A DNA stretch of 64,000 nucleotides from Setoptus koraiensis (Eukaryota > Animalia > Arthropoda), in assembly GCA_048013815.1 (NCBI GenBank), contig CM106585.1, positions 15,934,001 through 15,998,000 on the forward strand, given 5' to 3'. Of this stretch, positions 39,716-52,670 are shown piece by piece. Both the position numbers and the translations under genes were made by a program. The notes beneath the pieces are model-generated. The model saw only the letters and a list, made by a program, of their open reading frames with translations. It was not told the DNA's origin and ran no database searches. The stretch's first letter is position 1; each line of letters begins with the position of its first letter.

Positions 39716-40181
39716 TTTTTTTTTATATCTGCTGCTGCATTGCCATCACCGATTGGATTAGTGGCTCTGGTCCAATCGGTATTGGTGGCGGCTGAGGCCG
39801 GCGCCTCTGTTGCAACTCGTCGAGCAGACGGCGATTGTATCGCTGGCGTCGGCGTGACTTGTTGGTGCCGTTGATGTGGTCGCCGTTCACTGTTTAGCAC
39901 TAGGCGCAACAACAACAACACAACATGGCCAACGAATGTTTTTTTAATGAACGTATATTATCATGGTTTGTAATACTCCGTAGATCTAGTAGTTTTATAA
40001 GTTGTTGCGCCTTCGTCATCAATTGGATCGGATTTTCTAGAGTGAACGGGCTCTCCTCCCCGATTCAATTTCTGGTAAATAATAATTTTTGGTGTTTAAC
40101 GGGTATTTTTGGTGCCGTGGAGTGTTTAATTAGAAATCGGATACGGACTAGGCTCAGAAGCCGGGATAGGGACCATATAGT

Positions 40182-40640
40182 ATGACCTATTTTGTTCACA
40201 ACTCCTTCTCCGAAGGCTTCGCATATGAACATGAGGGCGATGACGACGACGAACCATTCAATGAAACTAGAGCTGACGACCAGGACCGTAATAATATCAC
40301 CTCGTCCGATGATAAGCCACGCATTTTGATAATGGGACTCAGAAGAAGTAGTAAATCATCCACCCAAAAAGTTACCTTCCACAAAATTTCACCTAATGAG
40401 ACGCTATTTTTAGAAAGCACAAACAAAATAGTGAAAGACGACATATCGGATTCCTCCTTTGTTTCGTTTGTCATCTGGGATTTTCCTGGTCAAATAGATT
40501 TCTGTGATCCAACCTTTGATTCAAAGCACATTTTCGGCAAATGCGGAAAATCGGCTAGGCCACTTCCTGCAGCTTGCGCCGTTTGGCAAAAACGGCCGGA
40601 AAGGGGCCTATGCCATGGCGTACAGTGCCACAAACCTTGA
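40182..40640 (+). pseudogene. RRAGC: Truncated RagC/RagD (Gtr2-like) GTPase fragment
   Basis: [69 protein letters not shown] matches RagC/D G1-G3. The P-loop Gly is Ser (AGT at 40350-40352). Homology stops at 40547 with no GT donor at the break; G4/G5 and the roadblock domain are absent. Confidence 0.75.
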
Positions 40641-41002
40641 CTTTGCACCCCTTTCGGTGGAAAGTGGCACAAAGTCAGGGTGGAAAGTGGCATACTATCA
40701 GCCAGACTATCGGCCCACTTCTACCGGAACACCAGTTAAATCACCCGTTAGTTCTGTCATTCGGGTTTTTGTTCGTCCGGCTGCGATCGCTAATCAGGGC
40801 CGGCTGTCGTAATCAAATACTGTGCCGAGACAATGGTGTGTAGCGGCACTTTTTGGCAAGCCACCAAACCAGCCGTGGATGCTTTTGCAATGTTAGTGGC
40901 TTGCCAACTGTAGGGGCAGCACTGTTTTGAAATGCGACCAAAATGCCAACGACGCTCGCTGCCAGTTTAGCGCCGCCAAAGTTGCAACATGTATCACTTT
41001 GT

Positions 41003-41136
41003 TGCCGTTGTTGTTGCAGTTGTTGTTGCAGTTGTTGTTGTAGTTGTTGTTGTTGTTGTTGTTGTAGCTGTCGTTGTTGCTGCAGTTGTTGCTGTCGTTG
41101 TTGCTGCAGTTGTTGTTGTTGTGGTTGTTGTTGTTG
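41003..41136. repeat. Compound (GTT/GCT/GCA)n trinucleotide tract
   Basis: gttgttgcagttgttgtt... run; gives poly-Q/V/C/T readings in the various frames. Confidence 0.85.
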
Positions 41137-43986
41137 GCCAGTCTGACGATTCACTCGCAGCGAACAATTAAATGAGTTCGGCCAGCGCGGTGCATGTTGC
41201 GCGGCCAGCCGGTTTCGAATGATACCGTATCGGTATTGCATGGATTCATTTATTATTGCGACTCATTATGCTCTGACGGCATTATCATTATTGCTATTAT
41301 GTTTTATTATTATTATCAGCAGAACGTATCTAAAGCGTAAAGTTTTGCCAATCAATGGATTTGGCCGAGCGCATTGATGCCAGCCTGCTCAGTGGCCGGC
41401 CAGTGGGCCGTCTCGGCTTGCACGACGGACACGGATGGTCCCTCGGAGCCATCTTCACCGTCTCTCAGGCCACTGTGCTGGCCACAACAGAGGCTGGCGA
41501 GCTCGCTCTGTCCAGCCGGCCGGCCGGCCGGCCACAACTGGAAACAGCGACGCCGATCCGACTGTTTGCGCTGATACTGTTTTAAGCGTACCGTTAACTG
41601 GAATGGCAGCCAGCGAGCCGGCGTTTATCGTTTGCTTGTCGGAATCAACGATCGACTGTTTATAACTTGCGCTCTTTCCCTCGCACTCGCAATTGCCAGC
41701 GCTTCCATCGGGCAGCCGACCGGCCGAGCGAGATATATTTTAAATCATCAGCAACAGCAACAACAACAGCAACAAGTCGTTACATCGACGGCTGCCGGCC
41801 GGACTGGCTGGTGCCCTTCTCCGAGAACTGCAACAGGCTGCAACAAGCCGCGACAGGCCGCTCTCTCGAGCTCGCTCTCGCTGAAATGCAACAAGTGTAA
41901 GTGAGTCAATTGGCGCACCAGTGGCGATACTTGTGGCTACTGGTGCACTGTTGCGCCGACTGGCCAGAGCGGCGCCGGCGGAGAGTTTTAATTATTATCA
42001 TTATTATTACCACTATTGAACAAATAGCCATTCCGTGGGCCGTGTGAGAGCCGAGCGAACAGAGCCGAGCAAAGAGAGAAAAGAGCGAGCGAGAGAAAGA
42101 GCGAGTTGCAAGTGCGCCCGCCGGAGAAACAAAACGGCCGGAATGCGATTCCTTTTCATCATGATATTATTATTATGATAATAATATTCCATTTCATCAT
42201 CGTCTTCTCATTCGCACCGATTTCTCGTTGTCGGCCGGCTCGCCGACTGACTGCGCGACTCAAACGAACATTAGTCGTTTGGGCCGGGCCAAGCACTTGA
42301 GTGTGGATTAGTTATTTCTGACGGCGACCACTCTCCATTCAACAGAGTGTGTGTAAAGAGAGCATAACTGTCCAGCGCAAATCTCTTTGGCATCTCTTTG
42401 GCCACTATCAACCACCAGCAACTCGAGTGTGCGAGCGGTTTGTTTGCGCACCGTTACACAGGTACCTACTAATGACCATTGGACACTGCTCATTGGGCTG
42501 GCATCGCCAATGATACCGGCTCGTTGTTGTTGCTGGCGCCGTCGCTGTTGTTGTTGTTGTTGTTGCTGTTGCTGTTGTTGTCGCTCTGGCTGTTGTTGCT
42601 GCTGCCGTGGTTGCTGGACATGCTGTTGTTGCACCAACCCAGCGATCCAACCCAGTATCAGTTGGCAACGGCTCACAAAAGAGGAGGAACCCGATCGGTT
42701 TGTTGTTGTTGTTGTTGCTCGCGCCGTTATACTTGTTCTGCCGGTGCTGCCACTGTGACTGTGACTAAGGCTGGTGCAAACACCAATCGCCAATAACGCA
42801 TTCAACCTGTTACCTGTCCAGGTGAGCCGCTATTCTGCAGTAAGCAGCGCCAGCGCCACTCGATCGTCAACTGAACAAGCCGGCCGAGGGACACCCTCAC
42901 ATCCTCTATCATTACTATAGCTCTCAGCTCTCAGGTATCAGCTTTCAGCTTTCAGCTAGCACAAAGCCTCATCGTCAATTAATAATAGCAAACACAAAAA
43001 CAAACATCCTCAAACAAATATACCTACAATTCAACTATGTTCTATATTTGTCGCTGCAAATACAGTTAGATTTATCTCAATAGGCTCATTGACATTGCCA
43101 CAATCACGAGCACTCTATTTTGTTAGTCTCGCTATAGTGGCATCGTGATAGCAACAATTACACATGATATTGGCCAGTCAACTCCAATGACGCCAACAGT
43201 TAATCATCGTATATGCAAACAACCATAGTCACGTACCCGCCGGCCAATATATATTCGAGCACAAATATAACTAGAAATAAATTATCGAGATTATTTTTGT
43301 TGATAATATGTATTTAGAGGGCATATAATAATTTGCAACAGTGTGCCGTTCGTCAAGTGTCATTGAGCCGAGCGCAAGTGCAATCTTTCAAGTTTGCAAC
43401 ACTGCGTATTGGCAAACAATAAAAACTAACCAGATTATCTATTCAGATTGAACAAACTCACAACAAACAATAGATAATACAAACGCATAGCATATGTAAT
43501 GAGAGCATGCAAAATTCTGCCTAAGACACTCTCAAGAACCCTCTCAAAGTTGTGACAACGTGAGCTTATTTTTCAATTTTGAACGAGTCGAATTGAAACT
43601 ATCGCCGGTACCCAACGCTTTATATTAGAGAAACCAGCAAACAGCATACAGACTAGCAGCGGCTTGTGCCAGATTGTACAATTACTTTCACTAGTAACTT
43701 CAATAGTATTGATCAATGATTAATAATGTCACAACCAGCGATACAATAGGTAGCATCGTCGTCGTATCATAGCGCAATCATCACATCATCACCTACAAAC
43801 AAAATGAATCGATTGAACAAGACTATTAATAGATCTCAAAAAATGTAAGACAATCCCCGCAACTAATAACCGTTAGATAAATTGACAAGTGATTGATTAC
43901 TCTAATTGCCACACTGAAAATCTGATCGAACCAGCTAATCGACTAATTAATTGTCTTTCATCGTCGCCGATGAAACTCGTGCCAAA

Positions 43987-46900
43987 ATGAAACTTGAACC
44001 GCCACTGTTCAGTTCATTCACTCATTTTAAGCGAAACAGGTCTAGTGATTGGGCTGATCTGTCGCTGGGCTGTTGGCTAACAGCAAACTGTGCCCTCCTA
44101 CTATTGATATCCACATCTTCCTACACATTCATTGTATCACCAATTTTGGTTGATGGTCAAATCGTCACAGAAAGCACAATTGCAACTAACAATGTCAGCT
44201 CGTCATCAGTACAACCGGAAACAACAACAACACCGACAAATACTAACAGTCAACTAGTGCCTGCCAATGAAACAACTTCAAATCCAGCATCCACTGCCAC
44301 CATTGCCAGTGCCTCAAACACCGATGCCACCACCAGCACCAAAGAGCCAACGCCGGCACCATTGGCAGCATTGCGCGAATCTAGCACCGGAAGTGCATCG
44401 GATGGCACTGCCAGCTCGAGTCAGCCGCCAAATGAGGCGCAATCGATACCGACGGTTGTTGAGGCGATGGGGTCCGCCGATGGGCCGTCGCCACAGGGCA
44501 ACACTGACTCCGAGGGTAGGCCAATGGCGAGTAAATTGACAAAAATTAACTTTACTCTTGTTGAGGAGACATTTCAATCTGTTATAAGCGACGAAGAGGT
44601 CATAAACAAATGGAAGAGCATGGATTCTCAGCTACAAAACGGAATTAGGTCCATACTGAAATTGATATTTCCACAGATTGTCAGTATATCGCAAGACGCC
44701 AAAGTGAGTGGCGATTGTTCGGGTGGAATACTCAAATGGATATTGAGCTTGCGCAATTTGCGCCAATGGGCCGTCAAAAGTGAGTGCTGAATTGCATTAT
44801 ATTTTTTCAAGATTAATTAATTAATTAATCAAATCACTAATCATCATGCAACATTTCTTCTCGAACGCTCGTCACGCTTGTGCTCGCATTAGTGCTCGAT
44901 GCCGTGGGCAAGCCGAATGCGGGCATTTTCGAGGGTGCGCTCACCATGTTCGGAAACTATCGCCAATGTCTGAGCATCAGAGCGCCAGACGACGACGACA
45001 TAGAGTCCGGCGATCAATTTGAGGAATACTTCCGAGGCCAGTATTGCATAATACACCTGAAGCCTTGGTTGCCGGCTAAGAAACAATATTACGGCTTCAA
45101 TTCAACGATAGAGCAGCTGGTGAGAAAGGACTATCCAATATACGAGAAGACCCTGTATGACGAATTGGCCGAGATAGCTGTCGCATTCAATTTCATAAAT
45201 ATCCGCTTCGATTTGTGTGTTCCCTCCACCTGTACCAGAGACGACATTCAGCGTGTCACCGAGCACCGTGAGTATTCGCTGTTTCTAATACTAACTCGCT
45301 TACCAATTCTAATAATAATTCACGTGCCAATTGTAATGATAATTCGCCTACCAATTCTAACAATTGATAATTGTTAATGATTCCTGTCAACGCGCGAAAA
45401 ACGCCATTTTGTCGCGTATAAAGTGACCAAAAAAGTTGAACTGAGGGCCAAAGTTCTCAGGTGCGATATAGAGCCCAAAAGCAATTCCATCAACTATGAC
45501 AGATCTCAATTGGCCTGGGCCTCGTTGTGCCTACTGGTGCTGCTGGCCACCATAGCCTCGACGGTGTTCACTGTGGCCCACAAGCGCTGGACAATCGGCA
45601 GGCACATCGGAAGCCAGCGGAGCCCGGCCGGCGTTTCGGCGGGGCCCGCCATTCACGGCGGTCAGCAGCCCGCACAAATGTCGGCCACAAGCTCGTTTGG
45701 CTTCAACAACAGCCGGCGCAAGTCAATACTAAGCTCAATGTCTATGACAAGATCACTCAAACATTTCACCCAAATAGATTGTGATAGCATACAAGAACAA
45801 AAACCTGTTGCTTTATACGGACTTCGTACAGTGTTTGTCTATTGGTTTATGCTCGTTCAAATGACCGTTAACTTGAACTACCAATTCTTGAGAGAATCGC
45901 AAACACTGAGATATCTCGTTATACAATATTGGCCTATGCAAATTTTAGTCAACAGCACAATGCAGTACGACTCTATCATATTGGTAACGGCGTTCACGTT
46001 TGCCTACACTCAATTCAATTCTACCATTAGAGATCATTTGAAGTACGCCATCGATAAATATGTTCGCCTGCTGCCGTCCATTTTATTTATGGTAGCCATC
46101 ACCATACTCACGCCATTGATCTACATAAGGTCGCCAGTTTGGAAGGATTTCGCTGACGAGCCGGCCCAAATCTGCTCATCTAACGGCTACGCGAATATTT
46201 TCTTTTTGCAAAACTTCATCAGTTACTCCAAAATGGTAAGTTCCGATGGCCGCATACGTCAAGCACTTTAGTCCACTGTCAGTATAGACTATAACAATAA
46301 TAATATTTACGTGATTGTCTCTCTACCTGTCCCACTAGTGCCTGCCCCAAACGTGGCTGGTGTGTGTAGAGTTGCAATTGTTGGTGGCCACCATTCCGCT
46401 TGTGATATGGCTCAAAAGAAACTTCTACGCCAACGAAGACAAGTTGATACTCAATAGTGACCGTCAGCGAACAAATCACGTCGGCTTTGGACTGAATCTC
46501 TCCAGTTTGCTGACGGTGCTCAAGTCAAGCGCTGGCCTGGCCACAATTGCGCTCATCTCGTTAGGATGGCTAACAAATTTTCTAATTGTTTACCTCAACG
46601 AATTACCTCCGGCTTGGTTTTACACGTTTCCCGACGCTCAACAGAGGGCCTACTATTTTGGCTATTATTTCTACAAGACATGGACACATTTGTCAACGTT
46701 TGTCTTGGGTATATTGGCGGGCCATTTATGTAAATCAGCTTCGCTAATTAGAAATGCTCAGCTTGTGAAATACATACAAACAACGGCCTCCTCCTCGGCG
46801 TCGTCTTCTTCGGCCACCATTTCTAACAACAATCACACAAAGGTAATTGCGCGAATCTAATTAATCCAAACCAAAAACAAGTTAATACCCTAGACTTGGA

Positions 46901-47589
46901 CTAATCGACTAAATCTGCCCTTTCTCTCTGTCTTAACAAATGCCAAATGATGGCTAATCCCACTTCTCACACATGTCAAGCTTGTAACACCCTCCGTTTG
47001 GATTGCTGTGGCCACCACTATGGTGGCCGTAATCTTCTCAACTTACTCATGGTCAACGCAAACACTACCCACACCGTTTGTTTCTGGTTTATTTGATGCA
47101 ACATCGCGTTGCGTTTGGGCGATAGCTTTGACCACTGTCATGATTAACATATCATTGCCAAATCCTTATGATAATCAATACAATCTACTAGCTCGTATAT
47201 TAGGACATAAAATCATGATCTTCTTGGGCAGATTATCCTTTTTGGCTTATATGGTCTATCCATATGTACACTCATTTATATTAAGCGTTCAAGAGCAAGC
47301 ATTGTACCCTAGTTTATTCTTGATATTTCATGTATTCGTTGGCAATATAATCATAACACTCCTTGTTGCCTTCTTATTATCTATCATGATAGAGCAACCT
47401 GTTAGAAGATTGATCACTAAATGCTTTTTGGGTAATAGACACTGTAATCAAATGATCAATATCAGCACACAGCTTAGCGGATTAATAACCTCAACTAAGG
47501 CGTCAACAACGACAGCGCCTACTTGTGAAAATAACAACCCCAATGATAAACAGCAGCCCCGTGAAACTAGAACCACGGGCAGATTGTAA
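43987..47589 (+). CDS. NRF-6 / O-acyltransferase-like (acyltransferase-3 family) multi-pass membrane protein
   Basis: Exons 43987-44779, 44893-45267, 45424-46235, 46339-46842 and 46981-47589 (all GT-AG, phases consistent, 1030 aa). N-terminal hydrophobic segment and S/T-rich stalk; NRF domain VSGDCSGG..WAVKMLDAVGKPNAGIFEG..FGNYRQCLSI..GQYC..DLCVPSTC; then multiple TM helices with KYVRLLP, FLQNF, CLPQTW, FLGRLSFLAYMV and SIMIEQP. Confidence 0.88.
45285..45380. repeat. 24-nt diverged intronic tandem repeat x3-4
   Basis: ATTCTAATAATAATTCACGTGCCA / ATTGTAATGATAATTCGCCTACCA and related units fill most of intron 2 of the NRF-6-like gene. Confidence 0.75.
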
Positions 47590-47969
47590 ATGAATGTACA
47601 AAATTGAATAGATATAAATTATTGTCGATTATAGGCTATAATAGCGACCAAATAATGAAAAAATTAGATAACTTTGCATAGTTAAGCATCACTCTTGCTA
47701 ATCGTTGATGAGTTCTAGATTATTATCTATCTATTTTTTTGAATACTGAACTTTACTGGCGTATATTCCCCCTCAGATGTCTTGTGTGTGTGATAAATAT
47801 GTTATAAATCTCTTATAACTCTATTCACGTGATACAGTAAAGCAAATCATGATCTACAAAGGAGGATCTGTAAAACAGCTATTCAATTGAGGTACTTAAC
47901 TTGAGATATTTCAATCTATCTTGCACTAGATTAATATTGACATAAATCGTTCGTAGTAATTGAAGAACT

Positions 47970-50311
47970 TTAAACTGGTTCTGTTTCTGGTTCTAATTTC
48001 ACTTTCTTCTTCGGCTTCTTTCTGGATCTTCTGCTCTTGTTTCTTCGCGCCCAGAGCTCGGCCATTAACATGCCCTCTGGTGTATATTTATCCGGCGATT
48101 TTATGCGCTCACGAAGTCTTCTTGGACCATCGGGCTCTTTACAAATGAATGAATTTTGTTCTTCGTTTGCTTCTTCCTGCTCTTCATCATCTTTCTCAGC
48201 ACAATCTGAGCATTGCCATCCACCAAATTTCGTCTTTTTAGGTACTCTGGTTAATGGGGGATCCAAACAGTATATGTGAAAAAAAAGTCGACATGTATCA
48301 CACAAAGATAACAGATGCTGATCTTTGGCAAGTTTGCATTTGCCACATTCATGGGTTGAGATTTCTGACACGATGTTTGGAGATTTGAACGATGTGGCAG
48401 AGCTTTTAACCACTTTAGGGCTCTTGACCAACAAAGACCTAGATTTGCTATAGCTCAAATGATTTGAGTCAGCCGATACTGATCGAGATTTACACTTCAT
48501 GGCAGTATGCTTCACATGTGGCTGAATATTATATCTTGGTTCCAAAGATATCTGGGATGCCTCCTCATTGCGATACTTGAGTAATAGTTGTTCTATTGCA
48601 CTCGACAATGAAGGGTTGCTACTACCTGCAGAATTCTTGATCTCTTCAGCCCGAGTAACGTATTTATCACGTTGTTGACGGAGAGTATCGACATTTTTCT
48701 TCAGATTATCATATTTTGTCCTCAGTTGAGTCTCCATCATTTTTAGTTGAGCATTCTGATTAACTAATTCGGCATTACGTCGTTTCATATTGGAAATTCT
48801 ATTAGATCTATCTAGCACATAAGCTATAAATTCTAGGTTGAAGGCAGGAGGGATGTGCCATTTACGTCGAGCAGCTTCCATTTCATCTGCTATGGACATA
48901 AAGGCCGAGTTTGGTTCTAGTCCCAGCAACTCGGATTTTCGACTCAGTTTAAGTATAATTGCTGGACTGGTCATAAGCATCCTATGGACTTTGAAAGGTA
49001 TAGGCGGTGGTTTGTCAACATTACGATCAGTTGTCTTAGAGGTGAATTTTTGCCTACATAGTTCTAGTTTCCTCTGAGTCCTCTCTGTGTTCACATAGAG
49101 GGCATTTCCCTGTAAATGTTTTAACCGAGCCTGGAGGGCGAGACATGTGCGCCTCTTTTGTTTCATGATAGTCTTATCAGCATGCTGTTTACAATGAGCG
49201 AAATACGGGTCTACCTCTTCTCCGTGTGATTCGAATAGTAGGCCCTCTTTTTGAGCACATGTGACATGAAAAAAAGTCTTACATAAGCCTGCATCACAAC
49301 CTATGCATATTCCGGTCTTACCGAGTCGGAGGTCCTCGCAAATTGTGCAAGCCTATTGGATATAGATATATGATACATATATGGACAAGAGGATTTTTTG
49401 AGATTGATTTTTGTCTTTTCACTCAAGTTACCAATGACATGTGTGCATATACGTTTTTTTTTTCTAAAATGAATAATTACCTTGGAGCCCCATAGAGCGT
49501 AGTTGATCTCAAACAGAGTTATTCCACTTAGTTTTTCAACATCTGCAAATGAGACGCCTTGAATGTATAAAGCGCACACCATGTGAACCCATCTACCTGA
49601 GTCAGTTCGCTTGAAAATGCCACCAGAGTTAGGACAAAGATCACAGGTCGGCGATTTAACCTCGCATTTACATGGCTCACAAAACCAGGGCTCGGTAGAT
49701 TCGGAAGAAATGTTGGAATGGACGGATTGGTTGTCGTTTTCGTCTTCGTGTAGGACGCCATAACATGATTCGTGGACGTGTATGCCGCAAGAGTCACATT
49801 CTATGATCTCATCATCGCCACGTGAATGATCCCCCAAACAAACTGAGCAAATTTTCAACTTTGAGCCTAGATTGGCCGATTTGTGTGGTGATGTGGGCCT
49901 GTTGGATGGTGTAGTGACGCCGCTGCCCTCCTGGTTGGTCTGACAATCATCGTCGTCTTCTTCTTCGTCATCATCGTTATCGTCGTCCTCGTCACTATCA
50001 CCACTGCCATCATCATCATCATCACCGGCGCTGCCATTATCATCGTCGTCGTCATCGTCGTCGTCGTCGTCGATCAATTCCTTAGGTACGTATTCCTCGT
50101 CATCCGAACTGTCGGCGGCCTCAAGATTGGCAGCCAGTTGCATGAGTTCATAGTGCTTGTCAACTGGTTTGACCTGTCTCTTCTTGGGATCTCTGGCCTG
50201 ATAAATAAAATCTAGCGGCGATCCGGTGAGAAATGGCGGCGAGACACGCGACGACGGTTGTGAAATATCTTGTTGTTGTTGTTGTTGCTTGTTATCGGCA
50301 TTGTTAGGCAT
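47970..50311 (-). CDS. PHF14: PHD finger protein 14
   Basis: Exons 50311-49481 and 49352-47970 (intron gtaatt..aatag, 128 nt; 737 aa). RDPKKRQVKP, an acidic tract, PHD1 (CSVCLGD..IIECDSCGIHVHESCYG..WFCEPC), extended PHD (CDLCPNSGGIFKRTDSGRWVHMVCALY..CTICED..CIGCDAGLCKTFFHVTCAQ), a coiled coil, and a C-terminal PHD (CGKC..CDTCRLFFHIYCLDPPL..WQCSDC). Start codon is tentative. Confidence 0.93.
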
Positions 50312-52670
50312 ATTCTGTTTGCTCGGACTTACTATTATTAAATCATACAATAAGACAGTATCTTAATATCCGTCGACAATAAACGATAAAGTTTCCAGCG
50401 AAAGCGAATGTGGTGCAAATACGAAATACGCTCACGTTTTCGATGTTTTCACTTGTTTTTTCAGCGGTAAAATTGAATCGTGAGAGGCTTCCAATTGACA
50501 ACTTGTGTGCGCATAGCGCGAATATTTAAAAAATGCACCACGAAGCCTGTGGATAGTAGAATGATATCCACGGATGAAGGGGGCTACGAACGTGCCCGAG
50601 CCGGTGCAAGCTCGCAGATCGCACCCCCTGCGCAAACTCTCGCCACAGAGGCACAATTAAAAAATTGTGCTGCCGGGCATTTGGGCCAACTTTGTTGTGG
50701 GCACAATTCGTCGATGAAACAAGCGGTTGCTGTTGCTAGAACCAGCGCCAGCTAGCCACAGTGTGTGCGTTCTCGTCGAGCAATGTAGCCTCCGTTCAGG
50801 GGGACGGGGCGAGCGCTTTGCCTACTGCGCCGGCTGGCGAACGATGCCCCCGCATGCTGCGTTGGAGGCTTTCAAGAAATCACAGCGCACCTAGCGTTGG
50901 CTCTGTTGTGACCAGCAGCGACACGGACAAAATCACAACTAACAAAGAACAAGCCAATCGGGAGACGCGCCAGCTCTATTCCATTGGTCATGCATCGCCG
51001 CTCGTGTGCCGTACCTGTTTTCTATGAGCTCCACCCCTCCGGTTGGGTGCCTTATCATTTTTTCAAATGCGCTAGTTATTTTTTTTTTTTATTTACTTTC
51101 GCTCTCTTTCTCCCATTCCTAATCCTTTCGTTTCCCGATTCTTTGTGATCTCAACGGGCCCACTTCACACCGTCGATATACAGGATATCCTGCGTGGGCT
51201 GACTGTAGTCAGGCATTTTCTCCATCCGACAGGCTGATTTCTCCGTCTCTCATCGAGTGCAGACTGGTCTCGAGAACGAAAAGCCGCTGAGACAGGTGAC
51301 TGGCGCTATGTTGAATGGCTTCTCGGAATTATTCAATAGTTTTGTTCTCGGGACCGGCGAACACCGAGCGGTCCCGCAGCGAACGCCCAAACAGGATGAA
51401 AGTGCCCCACTATTCTTTCAATCAAATGATGTGTCGATAGATGAAAGTTGGCATCGATTTGGCTGTAACAAAACTCTTTCCGTCTCCGCATGCTGTTCTT
51501 CTTGAGACTGCCAGACCTGAGAAGAACGAGAAACAACAACTCACCCGATTTCCCACAACACCCCCTCAACTCTTCTATCATTATCAATCACACTCTCTTG
51601 TCCAAACAATTCCTGCTCTATCAATTGTCGATGATGGGCGTCTTCTTGGCGACCTGTTGCTACGTCTTAGTGTCATATTTGTTTCGACACAAAACATCAA
51701 AACTGAGGCCTATATTGTGATACACGACCGACCTCTTGGCCATTGATACCACCAATGATTGATAATAACAAATAGACAATAATAATATAATAATACTATT
51801 TTTTTTCATATGAACAGTTTGTGCCCAGAACCAAACTTTACATTCAAGCTATGACAACAAGGAGAATGCCTAGCGAGTCCAGTAGATCAAGTGACAAGTG
51901 AACGGTCAACATTTTGGCCAACAATAGGCATCATATGGCCTCTCTACAGGTTGCACTGTCACATTTGATGTGTCACATTGTCCTTCGACGTCCTTAGTGT
52001 TGCCACTTGGATGCACACATGTACACCGGACATGTTTAACGGTCAACAAACCGACAAAGATGCTGGACACTGCAAGCGAAAGGGTCCTACTTTCATTAAC
52101 AATTGCCAGGAAAAGTCAACATCGCTTGCCAACATGCTGTATGCCATCCACAGTTATGGTTCAACTAACTCAACTCTTGGTGGTTACATAATTCACGATA
52201 GAGCGACAAGAATGTCCAAGTGTTGGCTCAAGAAGCCGTGGCGCAACAACAAGATTTGTATTGTTCATAGATAGATCCTGTTTTATTATTATAGTCTATC
52301 ACTCTTCCTGCTAGCACCAACAATGTAGATCCGGTGTACATCACCAACAATAGGATTAATTGCGACAACTATTTGATACGCGAAGACTGATACAACGTTA
52401 CAGCCTTTTGAGGCTAATATAAAAAGACTGTTAGGCTGCAAAAGTGAGCTGATTCGAACAAACAAGCTCGATCTGATTAGATCTGATAGTCGTCTTAAGT
52501 GAATTAATGTTCGTTAATACATTTTTCAAACCTGTGCAGTGTTAGCCATCAATAATCGTCAGCAATCAACTATCGTGTTGAAAAGGAGAAGAAATTCAAA
52601 CTTCAAGTCAAATCTGACCAATTATCAAGAAAAAGAATATCATTAATACTAACAGTAACAAAAACAAATA

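Noticed and set aside
38863-39921. Overlapping ORFs including the 221-aa ORF 38970..39635
   Set aside because: Driven by CAA/GAC and GAT/AAT repeats that suppress stops; no domain, no convincing start or splice context.
40768-40782. TTTGTTCGTCCGGCT resembling miR-375
   Set aside because: The 3' part diverges and there is no well-paired star arm at precursor distance.
40813-42805. Minus-strand polyQ ORFs (40813..41241, 42308..42805) as upstream stripe exons
   Set aside because: They open in several frames because of trinucleotide repeats, and I could not find a donor with a phase matching the 37273 acceptor. Unresolved rather than excluded.
43987-47589. Acyltransferase-3 gene as a bacterial horizontal transfer
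   Set aside because: It has the animal-type NRF domain and four spliceosomal introns, typical of the native nrf-6 family.
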